A DNA stretch of 64,000 nt, taken from the NCBI GenBank assembly GCA_012026655.1, contig JAAILG010000748.1, positions 1-64,000 of the forward strand. The letters are read 5' to 3'. How positions within the stretch are numbered: the first letter of the stretch is position 1; each line of letters starts with the position of its first letter. The notes beneath the pieces are model-generated. The model saw nothing but the letters and a program-made list of their open reading frames with translations, was not told the DNA's origin and did not search any database. Positions 59,101 to 64,000 of this stretch are shown here, one piece after another. Made by a program: the position numbers and the translations under genes. This DNA comes from Hydrolagus affinis. Its lineage: Eukaryota.

Positions 59101-61474
59101 GTTACATTGTAAAGATGGAATGAGAAAATGTATGAATTTTACTGTATGTCCCTTATACTAATGAACATACATTAATATTTAAAGTTACATGGTTTGTTTC
59201 ATCTCAAGCAACATTACTGTATTAACAAAAGTAAAATTACAGAAGAAACTTAAACATGTTCAAATTGGGTCATTTTTTTATTTTACGATGAAAATCTTGG
59301 GAAAGGAAAATATATTGTATTTAAAATAGCTCCTCCTGCTGGTGCAAAGATACAACTGATCCCTGTATCTTTAACTTGGTTATTTTGGAACAAAGTTAGT
59401 TATAATAAATAAAAACAATCCTTGCATTTGATATACCAACTTGTCGGATTGTCTTAAGGCACTTTACAGGAAATTACTGTAAAGTAGTGGCTGTGTAATT
59501 ATTGGCAAATGCGGCAGCCAATTTGCGCATAGAAATGTCCCATAAACGGCCTTGAAGTGAATGACCAACCTTCTTGTGGATGGTTGGCCAGGACACCAGG
59601 AGAAACTCGCTTCTCTTTTTGATTAATGCCACGGGATCTTTAACATCCGACTGAACAGCCAAACGGGACCTTGGTTTAACATCTCACCCAAACAATGGCA
59701 TCTCCAACATCCCCAGCTCAACATTCAAGTGTCAGCCTAGATGATGTGAGTGCCAAGTCCTGATGCTGTGTTTATACCTTCCCCCCACCCCCCTCCCTCC
59801 ATCTTCTGACTTGGAGATAAGCATGGCTACCAACAGATCCAGGCTGACTGACACATTTTAACACTTAGTTCCACTTACTTCCACTTTGGGGTTCTATACT
59901 CAGATAGACTCACACTACAAGCTCAGAGAGAAGATTTGTATCTCTTCTCACTGACTGGCCTACATGGTTTATGTGTTACTTTTGACGTGAACTCAGCACA
60001 TTCGTAGAAATATTTATAATTGTCACTGGTTGTATTACAAGCAGCCATTTTGTGGTCAGTAGGTACAAATGCACTTCGTGAGCCTTGGTAAATCCAGGAT
60101 ACTGGGGCCAGTTGTGCCAGTGAGACTGAGATCAGCTAACTCTGTACACATTTGACCATTGGACCTTCTGAATCTATTATTATCAAAAAACCAAATGCTA
60201 CTTAAGTGAAGTGCAGTCAGCTTGAGCAACGATTTTTGTGATCCAAGCAACAGTAGCATACCAAATAGATAAGCCGAGTATGCTCTGTGGAAGTGGGTTC
60301 AAACATCAATTTTCTGTGCTGTGTGTTCCTCTGGGAAGCCTATAAATAGCTGCTTGTAATACAACAGATGACCATTGCAAATATTTCTAGGAATGAGTCA
60401 AGTGCATTATCTGCAGAGAGAACATACGGGTACTCGACCCTTGTAAAATGACTGATGGCATCTCCTTGTTATAAGCCAATGTCCAGTCAGCGTTATCGAG
60501 TGTTTTGTGACGTCCTCTCAATATGAAAGAGCTGACATGAATGTAAATGATATTGTATTATTACGCATAGGCACAGAATGTTCAAACCTATTCATTTATA
60601 ACACGATGAACAATGCTGTGTGTGTGGTCATTCTGGTAAATGAGTACGGTATTGCATTAGGGATGTGAAATATGGTGATTTACGTAGGGGTCAGAGGAAG
60701 AAAATAAATGAAGAATCCCATTCTCGATCACTCTTTAGTGATTCCTGCTGGACTGTGCAAGAATGTGAAGTGAATCAAGCTGCTGCAGTGCTTCATTGGC
60801 TGAACTTAGTGGGCTCAAGGGACTCTTCAAGTCATTGCTTGTGACAGAGTTTTTTCTCATTTGAACCACTAGGTGGCATAAGTGGAGAATATTCTTGCCT
60901 AATTTAAAAAAAATAATCCTTGCATTTGATATAGCGCCTTTATCACATCGTCAAGACGTCTCAAGACGCTTCACAGGATATACTGGTCCTAACTTTATCC
61001 AAAGTCTTCTCCCAGGCGTTTTGCAGAAGAGGTTACCAGATAGTGATGGTAACAACTGTAACTTGGCTTTATTCTTCCCCGACTGAGAACAGCAGGAACC
61101 ATTCATCAAACCTGATACCTTTTCTGGTTCATCATTACTAATAAACAATATGCATTTGTCTACTGAGCCAACAGAATATAATTAAATAATAAAAGATCAG
61201 GTTCTTGACAAAATGACAAAGTTTAAATTATCTTAATGGGATGAGATAGTTTACCCATGTGATGAAATCCTTAATAATCCGCTCTTGTTTTTGTGTCCTC
61301 TCAGGCGTAGCACCTCCATCATTTGTGGCCATTAAAGCTGGCACAACCCTTTACCAGCTTACAACTGCAGGAGAGGCAGTTTCCTGGAACTCGGTATTTG
61401 TTCTTATGGTCCTGGCAGTCCTCTCCCTTCTCCCCGTGTTACTTCATAGCAAACTCAAGGAGAAGTTTTCATAA
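53146..61474 (+). CDS. TMEM41B: Transmembrane protein 41B (Stasimon; VTT/DedA-domain ER scramblase), 7 exons, about 289 aa
   Basis: Exons: 53146-53260, 54738-54855, 55567-55695, 56308-56401, 58397-58501, 58828-58966, 61305-61474 (TAA). Total 870 nt, phases consistent. Motifs [100 protein letters not shown]. Exon 1 is the least certain (divergent N-terminus, adjacent gap). Confidence 0.96.
53323..53455. other. Assembly gap (133 N)
   Basis: Run of N before the minisatellite. Confidence 1.
53456..53960 (+). repeat. GT-rich minisatellite, unit about GTGTCCTGTGTCA(GT)n, in TMEM41B intron 1
   Basis: Directly visible tandem units of variable length next to the gap. Confidence 0.95.
55696..56307 (+). 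other. U12-type (minor spliceosome) GT-AG intron 3 of TMEM41B
   Basis: 5' splice site GTATCCTC, branch point TCCTTAAC at 56286-56293, short distance to CAG at 56305-56307. The frame joins as TYI-F-LQTF. Confidence 0.93.
56547..58063 (-). mobile_element. tRNA-derived SINE (56547-56845 plus 58046-58063) split by the L2 insertion
   Basis: Same family as 51952-52282. The head continues after the L2 tail as TGAGCCTCAGGACTCCAC. Confidence 0.8.
56846..58045 (+). mobile_element. 5'-truncated L2-clade LINE (reverse transcriptase C-terminal half plus 3' UTR), frameshifted
   Basis: RT motifs [50 protein letters not shown]; 3' end AGGCGCTATATAAGTGCAATTTTGTTGTTGTTG; flanking TGAGC duplication. Confidence 0.92.
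59410..59850 (-). mobile_element. Older Deu-domain SINE (DeuSINE, SacSINE1-like)
   Basis: GCCACGGGATCTTTAACATCCGACTGA...CCTTGGTTTAACATCTCACCCAAA...GTGTCAGCCTAGAT resembles the reverse complement of the Deu domain as recalled. It shares the GCAGCCAATTTGCGCA segment and tail with the younger SINE. A related relic lies at 55190-55400. Confidence 0.65.
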
Positions 61475-62056
61475 CGCCTACTAGCTCTTGCATCTTAAAT
61501 TTCACCTCAGGAGTCACCTTGAAAATTACCCTCAGTTACGTGGAGTCCATTATATCCACTATCCAGCTGTAGGGAAGGGTAAACCAGCATCTCAAAGATA
61601 ACATTGCTATTTGATTTTTTGTTGTCTCTTAATGATATGTGAGATATACATACTTTTTTTTTAAAAAAACAATCACGTACTTCATGTCTGGCAATCATCA
61701 GTCATCACTTTCTTTATTTTCTCCACATAATTGTAACTACTGTTATTGTTGCATATTTTGCAATGGCTGTTTTAAAAAGGGCTGCCTATTAGTTTTTCTA
61801 CTCTTCTGTTTGTCTCTCACAGTGAAATATAGCTGAAGCAGTTTGAACTGATGATGGAATTACAGCAAGTCTTTTTTAGACGTGCTGTGTGCATCATGGT
61901 GTTACCTTGCTTGCAGAAAGCTGCCTTTAATTTTTTTTTGTATAAACCTAGGCTTTCTTCATGCGGTATTGTGTGGTGAAACATTTGTGTGGAGTTTGCT
62001 TAGATTTTAAAATTAATTTATCTTGTATGTGTGTAACAGTATTAATGACAGATTGC

Positions 62057-62062
62057 AATAAA
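62057..62062 (+). terminator. Candidate polyadenylation signal of TMEM41B
   Basis: AATAAA about 580 nt after the stop, followed by CA sites and a GT/T-rich tract (TATGTTCTTGTGTTTT). Confidence 0.5.
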
Positions 62063-64000
62063 TGCTACACATTCTTACACATCATTTTGATATGTTCTTG
62101 TGTTTTCCAAATGGCCACTTAACAAAACAAAAGTAAATTTCTCCACAGTCAGTTGATTCACTGGTTAGACCACACATGATGTTAGCTGGAATGGTACAAC
62201 TTGCCTCAGTGCCACTGTCTAGGGAGGGGAAATTCAGTCAAGATACTCTCTCCTGATCATTGTCGTTTTAAAAACTGTTGGGAAGTGCAAATGAGGAGAG
62301 GATTAACCTTAGCTTGTAATGCATTCACGTGTTTCAGTAGCTTGCCTTCTAGGTAATGGAGAGTGAATGCCCATCGTAGAACCATACTCCAGTATTAGTC
62401 AAACATCTTCAAGATAGGAAGTAGAGGAAGAGATGGGAGAAAAGTGGTGCAGACTAGCTTTTGTTTTCAAAAGAACCAGGGAGAATTTAAAAGAAAACAA
62501 ATGTTGATTTGAGAGATTGCAATGTAATCCTTTTGGGAATGTGGCTGCTTCACCGTGTTCTTGTGAATCAATGTTGATGTGAAAAATTATTATGGTATTA
62601 AGCCCTAACTGTCAAACACAATCTATTTCTGATTGTCCCATGAAAATGATTTAAGAGGAAGGTCGAGGTTTGTGTCCATGAACTCTTTGTAATCCTTTCA
62701 GGATTTCTGTCTTCCGTAAGTAGCTGGAAGAAAGCTACACTGAACAGGATGTCAAAAGTATCTGCCACACGGAACAGACTGACATGAAGTGATGGAGTAT
62801 CTTTTCAATCACTTCAGTTATCTGAATATGTTGATCTTTGTTGGCTAATTTAGATGTGGTACTGTTTAGTTTTACTACATTTGCATTTGAAAACATTTCT
62901 GATCTAATGTAACTGCAAGAAATTGTACTTTTACAGTAAATTAATTTTTATAAAATCTGCTGATTGGTTATGTTTTTGTTCAAAGTGGCCCAACTCCAGT
63001 GCAAACCTTTCTAAACGTACAAGTCAAAATTGGATAATGTTCACTGTGTTTTGAACTCCTAGTTGTATTATCCCTGGTCTGAGCTAGCAAAATGTGATTT
63101 ATACTATTTAGTCTGAATGGTTAACCGTGGGCAACTGTGCCTCCATAAATAAAAAAAAACTGAAGCATTGATAGAAACGGTGGATACTTTTTGTAATCCA
63201 GATAAGAACATAACCATTGCAGGTTGAGTTTTTTTTCCCCACTTGGATGGTAGAAATGGGAATGAACTCCCTTTGAACAATTCTGCCTTTATCTCTCCTG
63301 GCAGAGCTGGAGATGCAGGAATGACTCTCCTTAATAATCAGTAAACTCTAAAAGTCTGATCCAACACTTGAAAGCAACATAGCCTGACTTTATGCCTTTA
63401 ATTACAACACTATTTTGTTTATTTGAAAGGAAAATTGTAGTATCTTTAGCTGTCCTCGTTTTCTTATCTCCATCAATAAAGCATAGATTTGTATCAAAAT
63501 TGCTCTGAGCCTAAGAGCCAACAATGTGCTAACCAAATAATGTGTTGTGCTGACTGCTTGTAGGCTATGGGCTGGCTATTGACCCCTTTGAAGAATGAAA
63601 CATTTCCTTGTTGGCTTTCAGTCCATTCAATATTATAGTTGGTGGGGGTGGTGGTGGTGGGGGGGGGCGGGGTGGTGGGGGAGAGACAGAAATGTTCAGA
63701 TGATAAGTGACTGCCTTGCAGCAAGGCCATAGAGAAGGCAACTGAACCAGAAGAAATGCATCCTGAGTCTCTGTACAAAATGGTTGGGTTTTAAGATATT
63801 TTTAAAAATGATGTATCTGAATAAACAGCTTGTTTTGGTTCCACTGAAACGTGAAACTTGTTTCTTTTTAAATCGGTGACAACACATGTTTCCTTATCAA
63901 CAGTAAAACAAACATAATCCCGTAGCAACAGAATGCCTTCTCTTGGTAAAGTGTAAAATGTAAACTGATTTTGAGAGACCGCAATCTCAAGAATACTTTG

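Noticed and set aside
61267-61275. U12-like branch point TCCTTAAT before the last TMEM41B exon
   Set aside because: The upstream donor is U2-type GTAAGA and a normal pyrimidine tract follows.

Overview
Eukaryotic (vertebrate) genomic DNA. The repeat content points to a cartilaginous fish, probably a holocephalan such as elephant shark (inference). Three intact multi-exon genes were reconstructed by hand with consistent splice phases: ZNF143/Staf (minus, 15 coding exons, about 643 aa), IPO7 (minus, 25 exons, about 1037 aa) and TMEM41B/Stasimon (plus, 7 exons, about 289 aa, with a U12-type intron). Order and orientation match the human 11p15 block. IPO7 introns carry two apparently intact SNORA23-type H/ACA snoRNA copies and a decayed third. 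The IPO7 promoter has two ZNF143 sites and a TCT/TOP start. The ZNF143 promoter is an array of CCAAT-N9-TALE composite sites. Non-coding DNA holds tRNA-derived SINEs, Deu-domain SINE relics, L2 and CR1 fragments, a palindromic Tigger-type MITE, a minisatellite and two assembly gaps. No new protein-coding system was found. The best leads are regulatory or RNA-level, and all family assignments are from recall, not database searches.
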